DNA of 50,867 nucleotides from an uncultured Gammaproteobacteria bacterium (GCA_964646925.1 CAZYIC010000002.1:1-50867); one strand, 5' to 3'; positions 1 to 9,464 are shown, counted from the stretch's first letter. A program made the numbers and translations. Notes: a model not told the origin generated them from the sequence alone.

Positions 1-24
1 TCTTTTTTGCTATACTATAGTTTA

Positions 25-159
25 ATGGAGAAATTTGTAACTTTAAAAAAAATAAAAAGGAAAAGAAAGCATGGCTTTCTGGTGCGAATGAGTTCTTATG
101 GCGGAAGAGAAACAATTGCGAGAAGAAGATCAAAAAAACGATCAAAGCTTTCCGCTTAA
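25..159 (+). CDS. rpmH: 50S ribosomal protein L34
   Basis: 44-aa ORF below the ORF-track cutoff (ATG 25, TAA 157-159): [44 protein letters not shown]. Basic L34 signature. Directly upstream of rnpA. TATACT box at 11-16. Confidence 0.85.
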   Translation: MEKFVTLKKIKRKRKHGFLVRMSSYGGRETIARRRSKKRSKLSA

Positions 160-168
160 ACGCTTAAA

Positions 169-501
169 ATGTTTAAGAAAGAAAATCGTCTTAAGGCAGG
201 AGTAGGGTTTAGTAATTCCAATAATTATTCAGCCCCGCAATTTATTTTAAAAATCAAAAAAAACGGGCTTTTGGTCAACAGATTTGGCATTGTAGTTTCA
301 AAAAAAATTGACAAAAGAGCAGTTGTGAGGAACAGAATTAAAAGAATGCTTAGGGACATATGCGTTAAGTTAAATAAAAATATGGTTGCTGGGCGTGATA
401 TACTTTTTATAGTCAAGAAGGAAATACTCGGCAAAACCAAAGAGGAGAACATGACTATCTCAGAAAGCGTTTTGATAAAAGCAGGACTTATAGGTAAATA
501 A
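169..501 (+). CDS. rnpA: RNase P protein component
   Basis: 110 aa with the basic RnpA motif KKIDKRAVVRNRIKRMLR. rpmH-rnpA synteny. Confidence 0.85.
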   Translation: MFKKENRLKAGVGFSNSNNYSAPQFILKIKKNGLLVNRFGIVVSKKIDKRAVVRNRIKRMLRDICVKLNKNMVAGRDILFIVKKEILGKTKEENMTISESVLIKAGLIGK

Positions 502-506
502 AATTT

Positions 507-698
507 ATGAAAAACTTTTTACTTTTAGCGATCAATCTTTATCAAGGTCTTTTTTCGGCATTTTTTAAAAATATTTTGGGCGTTAACAAAATGTGCAAGT
601 TTTCCCCTACTTGTTCCGAATACGCAAAGCAGATGGTAAAGCAACATGGGTTTTTTGGAATTCTATTGGGGGTAAAAAGAATAGGAGCTTGTAAATGA
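507..698 (+). CDS. yidD: membrane protein insertion efficiency factor YidD
   Basis: 63 aa with the CKFSPTCSEYA motif typical of YidD. Lies between rnpA and yidC. Confidence 0.8.
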   Translation: MKNFLLLAINLYQGLFSAFFKNILGVNKMCKFSPTCSEYAKQMVKQHGFFGILLGVKRIGACK

Positions 699-722
699 CC
701 CGTTCGACTGCGCTCAGGGTCA
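696..722. repeat. short GC-rich palindromic element (TGACCC-N15-GGGTCA)
   Basis: tgacccgttcgactgcgctcagggtca: 6-bp inverted termini, GC-rich in an AT-rich context, overlapping the yidD stop codon. Confidence 0.6.
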
Positions 723-740
723 TATTGAGGTAATCGAAAT

Positions 741-1574
741 ATGAATTTTTTTTCCGCAATCGGCGCGGTATTTGATACTTTTTTTATAGCCCCCATTATT
801 AACGTAATGGTTTTTTTCATCCATGTGTTTGGTTCAATTGGGATTCCGGGATCTTTGGGACTTTCGATTATAGCCCTAACAATTGTTATAAAACTTTTGA
901 TTTGGCCTTTTATGTCTGCGCAGCTGCGCTCTACTAAAAAAATGGCAGATCTTAAGCCTTATTTGGATAAGCTTAAAGAAAAGCATAAGGGAGACAATCA
1001 AAAGATGTCGCAGGCGCAAATGGCGCTTTATAAAGAGCATGGGATAAATCCTGCTGCAGGATGCCTGCCTGCTTTGATTCAAATGCCGGTATTTATAGCA
1101 TTGTACCAGGTAATATTTGCTTTTTTTGATTCTAAATCCGGATTAAACCGCATTAATGAGCTTACTTATTCTTTTATACCGGACTTGCAAAAAATGCCAA
1201 GTCCACAGTTTTTAGGAGTTGACCTTTCGCATAAGCCTTCGGATTTTGGTCAATATGGATGGGCGCTGCTTTTAGTCCCAATTATTACAGCAGCCCTAAC
1301 ATTTGTGCAATCGAAAATGATGGCTCCATCCCCCGTAAAGAAATATCCATCAGATTCTCCTATTGAAAAGAAAGAAAAAGAAGCTAAGGGAGATATGGCA
1401 AGTGCCATGCAAAATCAAATGTTATATCTTATGCCTCTTATGATTGGATTTTTCTCATGGCAATTCCCTGTCGGACTGGCTTTGTATTGGAATACGTTTA
1501 CAGTTTTTGGTATTATACAACAGTATAAAATTGCAGGGCTAGGAGGATTATCAACATGGATAAAAAAGAAATAA
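741..1574 (+). CDS. yidC: membrane protein insertase YidC (short form)
   Basis: 277 aa, multiple TM segments, YidC/Oxa1 core (LIWPFM...QMALYKEHGINPAAGCLPALIQMPVFIALY). Confidence 0.85.
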   Translation: MNFFSAIGAVFDTFFIAPIINVMVFFIHVFGSIGIPGSLGLSIIALTIVIKLLIWPFMSAQLRSTKKMADLKPYLDKLKEKHKGDNQKMSQAQMALYKEHGINPAAGCLPALIQMPVFIALYQVIFAFFDSKSGLNRINELTYSFIPDLQKMPSPQFLGVDLSHKPSDFGQYGWALLLVPIITAALTFVQSKMMAPSPVKKYPSDSPIEKKEKEAKGDMASAMQNQMLYLMPLMIGFFSWQFPVGLALYWNTFTVFGIIQQYKIAGLGGLSTWIKKK

Positions 1575-2035
1575 AAATCATTAAAGACGTAACGGAAAAA
1601 TTATTGAAGCTTTTGGATATCGATGGGGATTTTGAAATTTTGGAAACAAAAAATCCGGAGGCCGAAAGTGTAGACATAGTTTTAAATACAAAAGATACGG
1701 GAGTTGTAATTGGCTATCATGGCGACACTCTTGAGGGGCTACAGCTTATTCTTTCATTGTGTGTTGCCAGGAAGCTTGGGAGATTTGTCAGAATTTCAAT
1801 TGATGTTGGAGATTACAAAAAAAACAGAACAGAGTGGCTTAAAACATTGGCAACGGAAACAAAGGAAAGAGTTCTTGCAGAAAATAAAGAAATGGCGATT
1901 CCGGAATTAAAATCTTGGGAAAGAAGAATCGTTCACTTGTTGTTGGAAAAAGACAAAGAGGTTGTTTCGCAATCGCAAGGTGAAGGCCGCGACAGAGTTC
2001 TGGTTGTATCACCTAAGGATTTCAAAATTCACTGA
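1556..2035 (+). CDS. jag: Jag/KhpB-like RNA-binding protein (KH + R3H domains)
   Basis: 159 aa with a KH-like VVIGYHGDTLEGLQ and a C-terminal R3H-like ERRIVHLLL...GEGRDRVLVV. Follows yidC as in the conserved operon. Confidence 0.7.
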   Translation: MDKKEIKIIKDVTEKLLKLLDIDGDFEILETKNPEAESVDIVLNTKDTGVVIGYHGDTLEGLQLILSLCVARKLGRFVRISIDVGDYKKNRTEWLKTLATETKERVLAENKEMAIPELKSWERRIVHLLLEKDKEVVSQSQGEGRDRVLVVSPKDFKIH

Positions 2036-2151
2036 TCCAATTTTTCCTCGGCATTGCAGCTCAAAGACATGTTTTTCTGAAAACTTTATACGAACAGCCT
2101 GTCTCGACAGCCTTCTTGGCAATTATTCCCTTTCATGATATTATTTTAATA

Positions 2152-2580
2152 ATGACAAATAATCTTAATGTTTTTACAGACGGAGGAGCAAGGGGAAATC
2201 CCGGTCCTGCCGCAATCGGGGTTTATATCGAGAGCGAAATAAATAAAAAGCTTGCGGGATATGGAAAAAGAATTGGAATCACAACTAATAATGTTGCCGA
2301 GTACAAGGCAGTAATAGAAGCACTTGATTGGATCATTGAAAATAAAAAAACTTTTTCTAAAGATACCAAAATTAATTTTTTTCTTGACTCAAAATTAGTT
2401 TGTTCTCAGATAATCGGAGTTTTTAAAGTTAAAGATGCGAATCTTAGAGAGTTAATTTTTTGCGTAAGAGATAGAGAGGCGCAAATAAATTTCCCAATAT
2501 TTTACAAACACATTCCGCGGGAACAAAATACAAAAGCAGACGGATTTGTTAACGACGCGTTAGATCGGGAAACATTATGA
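2152..2580 (+). CDS. rnhA: ribonuclease HI family protein
   Basis: Motifs FTDGGARGNPGPAAIG, NNVAEYKAVIEAL, DSKLV and TKADGFVNDAL. I place the start at ATG 2152 rather than the TTG at 2116 used by the ORF track. Confidence 0.7.
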   Translation: MTNNLNVFTDGGARGNPGPAAIGVYIESEINKKLAGYGKRIGITTNNVAEYKAVIEALDWIIENKKTFSKDTKINFFLDSKLVCSQIIGVFKVKDANLRELIFCVRDREAQINFPIFYKHIPREQNTKADGFVNDALDRETL

Positions 2581-5144
2581 AGCCTGCCTCAATCCTTATA
2601 ATTGACAAGTTAGGAATTATTGCAGAACCTCTTGCTTTAAAACTCCGTAAGGAATTTCCGGTTATATTTGTTAGCGTTCCGTTTCGCAGAAAATTTCCAA
2701 TGATTCCCGATAATAAATATTCTCATATTATAGTTATTGGATCGGACGGATCGGATTTGGAATTTTTGCCTAAATTAATAAAAAAAGCAAAAAGCATTAA
2801 TTCAAATTTAATTTTGGCTCTCTCTCTGTTCTCAAAAGAAAAGCTTTTCCGTAAAGTCTGGAAAGCGTATCAAGGCGCAGAGATGGTTTTATATGGAGAC
2901 ATTTTTGACAACAAACCGATTTCAAGAAATAAAAATTTAGAATCAATTATAAATAAATTTATATATCAAGCGCAAAAATTCGGAAGGATAGATGTTGCCG
3001 GAAACGGTCTGGGAAATACATATCCAGTTTTTATCTCAGACGTAGTGGACGGAATAATAGATATTATATTTGGTCTTCATAAACCCCATTCTCTTTTTTA
3101 TCTTTTTCCAAAACATGGGCCATCCGAACTTGCATTAGCCCACATGATTCAAAAAAATAATCCTGAAATTACCATAGATTTTGTAAGCCATAGTGTAAAT
3201 GCGGCTGTTTCATATCCGGGCAATGGAAAATATTTGCTGGGTGATAAATATGCTCTATCTAAAAAAATTAGGAAAATAAACATTGGAGAGTCGGGTCTTT
3301 CGGAAGACGAACCGAAAAGAGAGCGGCTAAAAAAAATAAAACATTTTCCATTTTTTATTGTTTGGATACTTGTTTTTTTAATATTTTCTCCGCTTATTTT
3401 CACTTTGTTTTTTTCATTTCTTGGTTTAAACACTCTCTATTTCGCAAAAGCAGAAGTAGAAAAAGGAAATTTGACAAACGTCAAAAGAACTCTTCATCTT
3501 TCCAACGCCTTTTTTTATTTGGGAAAAGAAGCGTCAAATATTTTAGCTTTTCAGGGAAGATTTGTTGGCGTAGAATTTAATCTCGGAAGACTTATGGGCG
3601 ATATAGATTCGGGACATAAAATATCTTTGGGCTTGCTTCAGACATTTGACGCCGCTTCTTACTTTGCTAAAGTTTTTGAAGGCATAAGTAGTGATCCGCC
3701 GGGAGATTTTGCCAAAGGAGAGAATAACTTAAAAAATGCAATTGTAAGTTTTCAAAGACTAAAAGCGGAAGGGAAAATTCCTTCATTCGGGAGCTCAGAG
3801 ATTGAAAGCCTGGATTCAGTAATTAAGCTATTATCTAACACAACAGATATAATGTCTGATATTTTCGGACCAAACGAGCAGAGGGTTTATTTGGTGCTTT
3901 TTCAAAACAATATGGAACTTAGGCCGGGAGGAGGAATTATAGATCAGTATGGAATTTTAAAATTAAACGCCGGAAAAATTACGGATTTTTCTATTCACGA
4001 TGTATATGATGCCGACAGAAAGCTTAGGGGACATGCTGAACCTCCCTTTCCCATAAGAAGATACCTCCCTCTTGCTCATTGGTACATGAGGGACAGTAAT
4101 TTTGACGTAGACTTTGTAAAAGGGGCATCCTCTATTTCTAATTTTTTATTTGCCGAAACAGGAGAAAAAGCATCAGGAGTTATCGCAATAGACTTGTCAT
4201 TTGTTAAAAACATTCTGAATGCAATCGGGCCTGTCTATGTTGATAGTTACAAGGAAACCGTAGGGGAAAATAATCTTTTCGAGTTAGGAAAAAAGCATAA
4301 AGAAAAAGATTTCTTACAGTCTTTGTATAGGGCAATGCAGACAAAAATTAGTTCAGGCGATATCCCTTACGTAGCATTTATACGGGCAATTTCCGACTCC
4401 CTTATTCAAAAACATTTAATGTTCGCATTCAATGACAGTTTTCAGAATGTTTTTACAGTTAACGGCTGGTCTTCGGCACTTTGGGACAAAAGAAAGGAAG
4501 ACATAGCGTCTGTTAATGATTTCTTAGGAATTAATGAAGCAAACTTAGGTGCCAATAAAGTTAACTATTATGTTTTCAGAAATATTTCTCAAAAAGTTAT
4601 AATTGGGGACAAGGGGAACATTTCGGAAGAATTGGATATTAGTTATAAAAATTCAAGTATTTCATTGTCAGAAGATGATTATAAAAACTATTTAAGAATC
4701 ATTTTGCCAAAGGATACAAAAATATCATCCATATCGATCAACAATATTTCTCAATCTATTGTAGACGCAATTACTGACCCTAAAATTTATGAAGGAAAAA
4801 ATTTTATTCCTCCAATCGGACTTGAGGTAGAGAAGACAGTTGAGGAAAATAAAACGATTTACGGATTTATATTCAATGTTCCCGCAGGAGACATTTTGAA
4901 TATAAAAATAAAGTACAATCTTGCAAAAAAAATTAATCTGAATCTAAGCTCTTTTTCTTACACGCTTAAGTTATTCAAACAGCCGGGAGTTGATTTCCTG
5001 CCTTATTCTTTGTCTTTAATTTATCCAAATAATTTTAATGTTATTAAGGCTTCGGAAGGAATTGATAGAAGAAACGACAGGATATCTTATTCTGAAAAAG
5101 TTGTTCAGGATGAGGATCTGGTTATAGACTTTGTCAAAAAATAG
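2577..5144 (+). CDS. DUF4012-domain membrane protein
   Basis: 855 aa with a central TM segment followed by LVLFQNNMELRPGGGIIDQYG, the motif I associate with DUF4012. The N-terminal region is Rossmann-like and degenerate. Confidence 0.55.
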   Translation: MKPASILIIDKLGIIAEPLALKLRKEFPVIFVSVPFRRKFPMIPDNKYSHIIVIGSDGSDLEFLPKLIKKAKSINSNLILALSLFSKEKLFRKVWKAYQGAEMVLYGDIFDNKPISRNKNLESIINKFIYQAQKFGRIDVAGNGLGNTYPVFISDVVDGIIDIIFGLHKPHSLFYLFPKHGPSELALAHMIQKNNPEITIDFVSHSVNAAVSYPGNGKYLLGDKYALSKKIRKINIGESGLSEDEPKRERLKKIKHFPFFIVWILVFLIFSPLIFTLFFSFLGLNTLYFAKAEVEKGNLTNVKRTLHLSNAFFYLGKEASNILAFQGRFVGVEFNLGRLMGDIDSGHKISLGLLQTFDAASYFAKVFEGISSDPPGDFAKGENNLKNAIVSFQRLKAEGKIPSFGSSEIESLDSVIKLLSNTTDIMSDIFGPNEQRVYLVLFQNNMELRPGGGIIDQYGILKLNAGKITDFSIHDVYDADRKLRGHAEPPFPIRRYLPLAHWYMRDSNFDVDFVKGASSISNFLFAETGEKASGVIAIDLSFVKNILNAIGPVYVDSYKETVGENNLFELGKKHKEKDFLQSLYRAMQTKISSGDIPYVAFIRAISDSLIQKHLMFAFNDSFQNVFTVNGWSSALWDKRKEDIASVNDFLGINEANLGANKVNYYVFRNISQKVIIGDKGNISEELDISYKNSSISLSEDDYKNYLRIILPKDTKISSISINNISQSIVDAITDPKIYEGKNFIPPIGLEVEKTVEENKTIYGFIFNVPAGDILNIKIKYNLAKKINLNLSSFSYTLKLFKQPGVDFLPYSLSLIYPNNFNVIKASEGIDRRNDRISYSEKVVQDEDLVIDFVKK

Positions 5145-5186
5145 GCTGTTGCTAAAACCGGCGAAAATATCATAAAATAGAGCATT

Positions 5187-6488
5187 ATGGATAATGAAAA
5201 AATCGAGGCGGTTTATCCTATTTCGTTCAGGGAAAATGATGCTGCCAATTTAGGCAAGCATCTCAAAAGCAGGAATTCTGTTGTTCTAATTGGGATGAAA
5301 AGGGTTGGGATTAGTAATTTCTTAAGGTTTTTTCTTAATCATAAAGATATTGTTAAAACATATATCTCAGACGGAAATTCTCATCTTTTTGTTCCTGTTG
5401 ATCTTAATGATTTGGTTGAGCGGGAAGTTTTTCCATTCTGGATACTAACTTTAAAAAGAATATATGATGCTACGGAAAATTCAAACTTGAGTAAACAATC
5501 AAGGAAATATATAGAAGGGTTATTTTTGGACAGCATGCAATCAAAAGACACTTTTTTAACAATAGAAAGTGTTAAGAAAAGCTTAGCAAAAATTACGCAA
5601 GAGAAGGTCTTACCTACGATATTTTTTATAAGATTCGATAGGTTAAAAGAAATTATTACTCCTGAGTTGTTTGGAAATCTTCAGGGGTTAAAAGATGCTG
5701 CTAATCGAAAAGTTTCTTATGTGTTTACCAGCTTTAGGGGACTTACGGATCTTGCGCCAGACGTTTTTACAAAATCATCAATTTCTCTTTTTGCGGAGAA
5801 TCTGTACGTAAGGCCGGCTGAAAAAAAAGACACAAAAATTATTTTCGATACCTATAAAAATCGCTATAAACTTTCTTTATCTTTATCTTTGGAAGATTAT
5901 CTTTTTGATACTGTTGACGGCTATGTGCAGTATCTTCAATTGGCTTTAATTTCTCTTCATGAAGCAGGTGTGAGATTTAAAAACAAAGAAGATTTTTTTG
6001 ATTTTCTGTCAAAAGATGAAAGAATAACCCTTCAGTCCGAAGAGCTTTGGGAAAGTCTGGGGACTAAAGAACAAAATGTTTTGCTGGAGGTAGAAAAAGA
6101 ACAAAAAATAACTTCGGAAGAGAGAAAGGAAGCATCTTATTTATGGGATAGCGGATTTATTGTTCAAAACAAAAATATAGATACAGTCTTTAGTTCTCTT
6201 TTCAGTCATTATCTTAAGCAAAGACAAGTAAATAAGACAAATGGCGGGAGTGTTGAGCTAAGTAAAAAAGAAAATCTGCTTTTTAATTTTTTGAAAAGTA
6301 AGATAAGGGTAATTTGTGAAAGAGAAGAGATTATTCAGGCAGTCTGGCCGGAAGTTGAGGAATTTGGCGTATCCGATTGGGCAATAGATCGCTTAGTTGC
6401 CCGTTTAAGAGTTAAATTAAAGTTGCAAAATGCCAAATTCGAAATCCAAACAGTCAAAACCCGCGGCTATAAGATGGTGGAAATTTAG
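5187..6488 (+). CDS. ATPase-like domain fused to a C-terminal OmpR/PhoB-type winged-helix DNA-binding domain
   Basis: 433 aa. N-terminal VVLIGMKRVGISNF (P-loop-like, degenerate). C-terminal LSKKENLLFNFL...IDRLVARLRVKL...TVKTRGYKM is a typical trans_reg_C winged helix. Confidence 0.5.
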   Translation: MDNEKIEAVYPISFRENDAANLGKHLKSRNSVVLIGMKRVGISNFLRFFLNHKDIVKTYISDGNSHLFVPVDLNDLVEREVFPFWILTLKRIYDATENSNLSKQSRKYIEGLFLDSMQSKDTFLTIESVKKSLAKITQEKVLPTIFFIRFDRLKEIITPELFGNLQGLKDAANRKVSYVFTSFRGLTDLAPDVFTKSSISLFAENLYVRPAEKKDTKIIFDTYKNRYKLSLSLSLEDYLFDTVDGYVQYLQLALISLHEAGVRFKNKEDFFDFLSKDERITLQSEELWESLGTKEQNVLLEVEKEQKITSEERKEASYLWDSGFIVQNKNIDTVFSSLFSHYLKQRQVNKTNGGSVELSKKENLLFNFLKSKIRVICEREEIIQAVWPEVEEFGVSDWAIDRLVARLRVKLKLQNAKFEIQTVKTRGYKMVEI

Positions 6489-6496
6489 GGAATTCT

Positions 6497-6519
6497 TCGT
6501 TAAATCCTCGGGAAAAGAT
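6497..6519. repeat. direct repeat, left copy, flanking the BrnTA cassette
   Basis: TCGTTAAATCCTCGGGAAAAGAT matches 7135-7157 at 22/23 positions (the first 18 are perfect). Confidence 0.85.
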
Positions 6520-6535
6520 TTACAACCAGCTAAGC

Positions 6536-6796
6536 TTAACTGTTTACGAATTTGTGAAGCACAGAGGATATAAGAGTTTGATAGGGAATGCCTTCCTCCG
6601 CAGCCTTAGCCTTAAGTTTGTAAACAACTCTTTCCGAAAGACGAAGATTAATATTTCTAAGTTTGTCAAGAGTATTTCTGGCAATTTCCATAGCTTCTCT
6701 TCTAGCTTTTGCCTGGTCTTTAGCAGGAGTCCACTCTCCTTTTTCAAATTCTTCCAGCAATTCTTTCTCTTCCTTGTCTAATTCATAATATTTCAT
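6536..6796 (-). CDS. brnA: BrnA-type antitoxin (RHH/CopG-like)
   Basis: 86 aa. The C-terminal INLRLSERVVYKLKAKAAEEGIPYQTLISSVLHKFV matches the BrnA family pattern. Overlaps the upstream toxin gene by 4 nt. Confidence 0.7.
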   Translation of the reverse strand: MKYYELDKEEKELLEEFEKGEWTPAKDQAKARREAMEIARNTLDKLRNINLRLSERVVYKLKAKAAEEGIPYQTLISSVLHKFVNS

Positions 6797-7068
6797 TTTT
6801 TTCTCCTTTCAATAAGATGCAATTTAGTCATTTTTCTGCTTGGATAAATTGTTTTAAGAAATTTCTTTTCGTCATCTTCGACGAATGGAACCATATAAGC
6901 ATAATTTCCTACATTTACAACATAAATTTTTTGATTAGTTCTTTTTGGATGTTCTAACGTTACTAATAGTTTGCCCTCGTTAATTGCTGAAATTATATCT
7001 TCGAACCCTATGTCTCTTTCTCCTTTCAGCTTTTGATTTTTCTTTTCATCCCAATCAAAATACTTCAC
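6793..7068 (-). CDS. brnT: BrnT-type ribonuclease toxin (DUF497)
   Basis: 91 aa with N-terminal FDWDEKKNQKLKGERDIGFEDI, typical of BrnT/DUF497. GTG start. Paired with brnA. Confidence 0.65.
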   Translation of the reverse strand: MKYFDWDEKKNQKLKGERDIGFEDIISAINEGKLLVTLEHPKRTNQKIYVVNVGNYAYMVPFVEDDEKKFLKTIYPSRKMTKLHLIERRKK

Positions 7069-7073
7069 GATTT

Positions 7074-7102
7074 ATTCTATGACAAAAGATATACTTTGTC
7101 AA
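7074..7102 (-). promoter_or_regulatory. putative sigma70-type promoter with palindromic operator for brnTA
   Basis: On the minus strand: TTGACA (7097-7102), a 17-nt spacer, then TAGAAT (7074-7079), which lies 5 nt before the GTG start. The spacer is the palindrome TGACAAA-N8-TTTGTCA (7080-7101). Confidence 0.4.
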
Positions 7103-7134
7103 TATATCAATAAACTGACCGTTTCGGTAATAAC

Positions 7135-7157
7135 TCGTTAAATCCTCGGGAATAGAT
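7135..7157. repeat. direct repeat, right copy, flanking the BrnTA cassette
   Basis: TCGTTAAATCCTCGGGAATAGAT; see 6497-6519. Confidence 0.85.
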
Positions 7158-7266
7158 AGATGATTTAAGATTTAAGAAATAAGATTTATGAATAAATTTT
7201 GATCATGATCTGTCTATTCTTAAATCATAAATCGTAAATTTTAAATCTTTATGTTAAAATTAGTTA

Positions 7267-9432
7267 ATGGACAAAGTTTACAATCACAAAGATGTTGAGG
7301 AGAGGATTTATAAAGAATGGGAAGAGAAGGGGTATTTCAAAGCAAATCCAGAATCGAATAGAAAACCATATTCGCTTTTGATGCCGCCGCCAAACCTAAC
7401 GGGAGAATTGCATCTTGGTCACGCTATGCAGCATTCGGTTCTAGATGCTTTGGCTCGCTTTAAAAGAATGCAGGGATTTGATGTGTTGCTTTTGCCCGGA
7501 GTTGATCATGCCGGAATCCAGTTCGAAGCAACATTAAACAGGTTGCTTTCTAAGGAAGGGTTAACCAAGGGAAAACTGGGAAGAGAAAAATGGCTAGAAA
7601 GAGCTTGGCAATTCCGAGACGAAATTTATAAATCTGTCCATAATACATGGAAAATATTCGGGCTTTCTGCAGATTGGTCTAAGGAAGTATTTACGCTAGA
7701 GCCGAAAGTTCAAAAAGCAGTCTTTGGAGAGTTTAAAAGCTTTTGGGATAATGACTTAATTTATAAAGGTGCCTATATTGTTCAGTGGTGTCCCAAAGAT
7801 CAAACAGCAATAGAAGATTTGGAAATGGAGTATCAAGAAAAAAAAGAGAAGCTCTATTATGTTAAATACGAGATATTACAAGAGCCGGGAGAATATATTG
7901 TTATTGCAACCGCCAGACCAGAGACGATATTTGCGGATACTGGTATAGCAACATATTTAAAACATCCTAAATTTTCAAAATATATTGGAATGCAAGCCAT
8001 TAATCCATTAACACAAGGATATGTTAATGTTTTTGAAGATGAACGAGTCGATAAAAATTTTGGTACGGGAGCCTTAAAAATTACACCAGGACATGACATC
8101 TTGGACTATCAAATAGGAAAAGACAAAGGCTTACCGATGATGCATGCAATAGATAAAACAGGTCGAATGACAAATATTGCACAAATAATCTCTGCGAGCG
8201 GAGAATATTCGTTAGATTTAACGGGAATGAAGGTCTCTGAAGCAAGGCAGGCAGCATGTCAGGCATTGGAGAAGTTTGGTTCAATAGAAAGAGTGGAAGA
8301 ATATAGTCATTCGGTTCCCGTATGTGAGAGATGCAAGACTGTTGTTGAGCCCTTAATTTCCGAAGAGTGGTTTGTAAAAATGAGACCATTGGCAGATAAA
8401 GCTCTTAAAAATATTAACAAAATTAAATTTGCGCCTAAAAATTATGAAAAAATTATTGGAGATTGGTTGAAAGAAATTCATGATTGGTCTATTTCAAGAT
8501 CTCTTTGGTGGGGACACAGAATCCCTGTTTGGTATTGCGAGAAATGCAACCCCGCTCATCAGGTGGGGAAAAATAAGGACATGGCGGTATCAATGGAAGC
8601 GCCTAAGCAAAATTGTAAAACATGCAGCGGCAATTTGTGGGCGCAGGAAGAGCAGGTTCTTGATACGTGGTTTTCTTCTGGAATGTGGCCGCTTTCAACT
8701 TTGGGTTGGCCGGACAAAACAAGAGAGCTTGAAAAATATTATCCATGGAATTTCGAAATTACCGCACCCGAAATTAAATTCCTTTGGATTGCAAGAATGA
8801 TAATGTTAGGACTTTGGTTTAATGACAAAATTCCGTTTAAAAATATGTTTTTCCACGGCATGATAAGAGACAAGCAGGGTAGAAAATTCTCCAAATCTCT
8901 CGGGAACGGTATTGACCCCAATGAATTAAGGGATCAGTGGGGAACAGACGCAGTAAGGATGGCATTATATACATATGCCGTTCCGGGGAGAGATGCTCTT
9001 GTCTCAAGACAGTTAATGGATGAGAGATGCAAAAATTTTAGAAATTTTTCTACAAAGCTTAGAAACATCTCGAGATTCATTTTTAAACTAAAGCCGGAAA
9101 AAACAAATGAAAAGTCCGATTATTCACATTCGGAAGACTTGGAGATAATGCGGAAATTGAATAAGGCTATCGAAAAAATGAACAAAGGATTAAATAATTT
9201 CGAGCTGCACCTTGCGGGAGATGAAATATATTCCTTTATTTGGCATGAATTTGCAGATAAATATGTTGAGCAGTCAAAAAAGAGAAGAGCAGCTGCGCAG
9301 CCGGTTTTAGAAAAAGTCTTCAGACAAATTCTTATCATGCTCCATCCGCTTATGCCTTTTACCACAGAGGAGATTTATCAAACTCTGCCAAATCATAAAG
9401 AATCAATCATGATGGAGAAGTGGCCCAAATAA
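7267..9432 (+). CDS. valS: valyl-tRNA synthetase (short form, no C-terminal coiled coil)
   Basis: 721 aa with PPPNLTGELHLGHA (HIGH), PGVDHAGIQ and KFSKSLGN (KMSKS). Confidence 0.85.
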   Translation: MDKVYNHKDVEERIYKEWEEKGYFKANPESNRKPYSLLMPPPNLTGELHLGHAMQHSVLDALARFKRMQGFDVLLLPGVDHAGIQFEATLNRLLSKEGLTKGKLGREKWLERAWQFRDEIYKSVHNTWKIFGLSADWSKEVFTLEPKVQKAVFGEFKSFWDNDLIYKGAYIVQWCPKDQTAIEDLEMEYQEKKEKLYYVKYEILQEPGEYIVIATARPETIFADTGIATYLKHPKFSKYIGMQAINPLTQGYVNVFEDERVDKNFGTGALKITPGHDILDYQIGKDKGLPMMHAIDKTGRMTNIAQIISASGEYSLDLTGMKVSEARQAACQALEKFGSIERVEEYSHSVPVCERCKTVVEPLISEEWFVKMRPLADKALKNINKIKFAPKNYEKIIGDWLKEIHDWSISRSLWWGHRIPVWYCEKCNPAHQVGKNKDMAVSMEAPKQNCKTCSGNLWAQEEQVLDTWFSSGMWPLSTLGWPDKTRELEKYYPWNFEITAPEIKFLWIARMIMLGLWFNDKIPFKNMFFHGMIRDKQGRKFSKSLGNGIDPNELRDQWGTDAVRMALYTYAVPGRDALVSRQLMDERCKNFRNFSTKLRNISRFIFKLKPEKTNEKSDYSHSEDLEIMRKLNKAIEKMNKGLNNFELHLAGDEIYSFIWHEFADKYVEQSKKRRAAAQPVLEKVFRQILIMLHPLMPFTTEEIYQTLPNHKESIMMEKWPK

Positions 9433-9436
9433 ATTC

Positions 9437-9464
9437 AAAATTCAAAATGCAAAGTTCAAAATTA
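9437..9464. repeat. 28-bp AT-rich repeat, copy 1
   Basis: AAAATTCAAAATGCAAAGTTCAAAATTA is identical to 48281-48308. Starts 5 nt after the valS stop. Confidence 0.8.

Noticed and set aside
7158-7266. Imperfect palindromes upstream of valS (gatgatttaaga ... tcttaaatcat), considered as a T-box leader.
   Set aside because: There is no T-box consensus (AGGGTGGNACCGCG-like), no specifier-loop architecture and no terminator. The region is only about 110 nt and very AT-rich.
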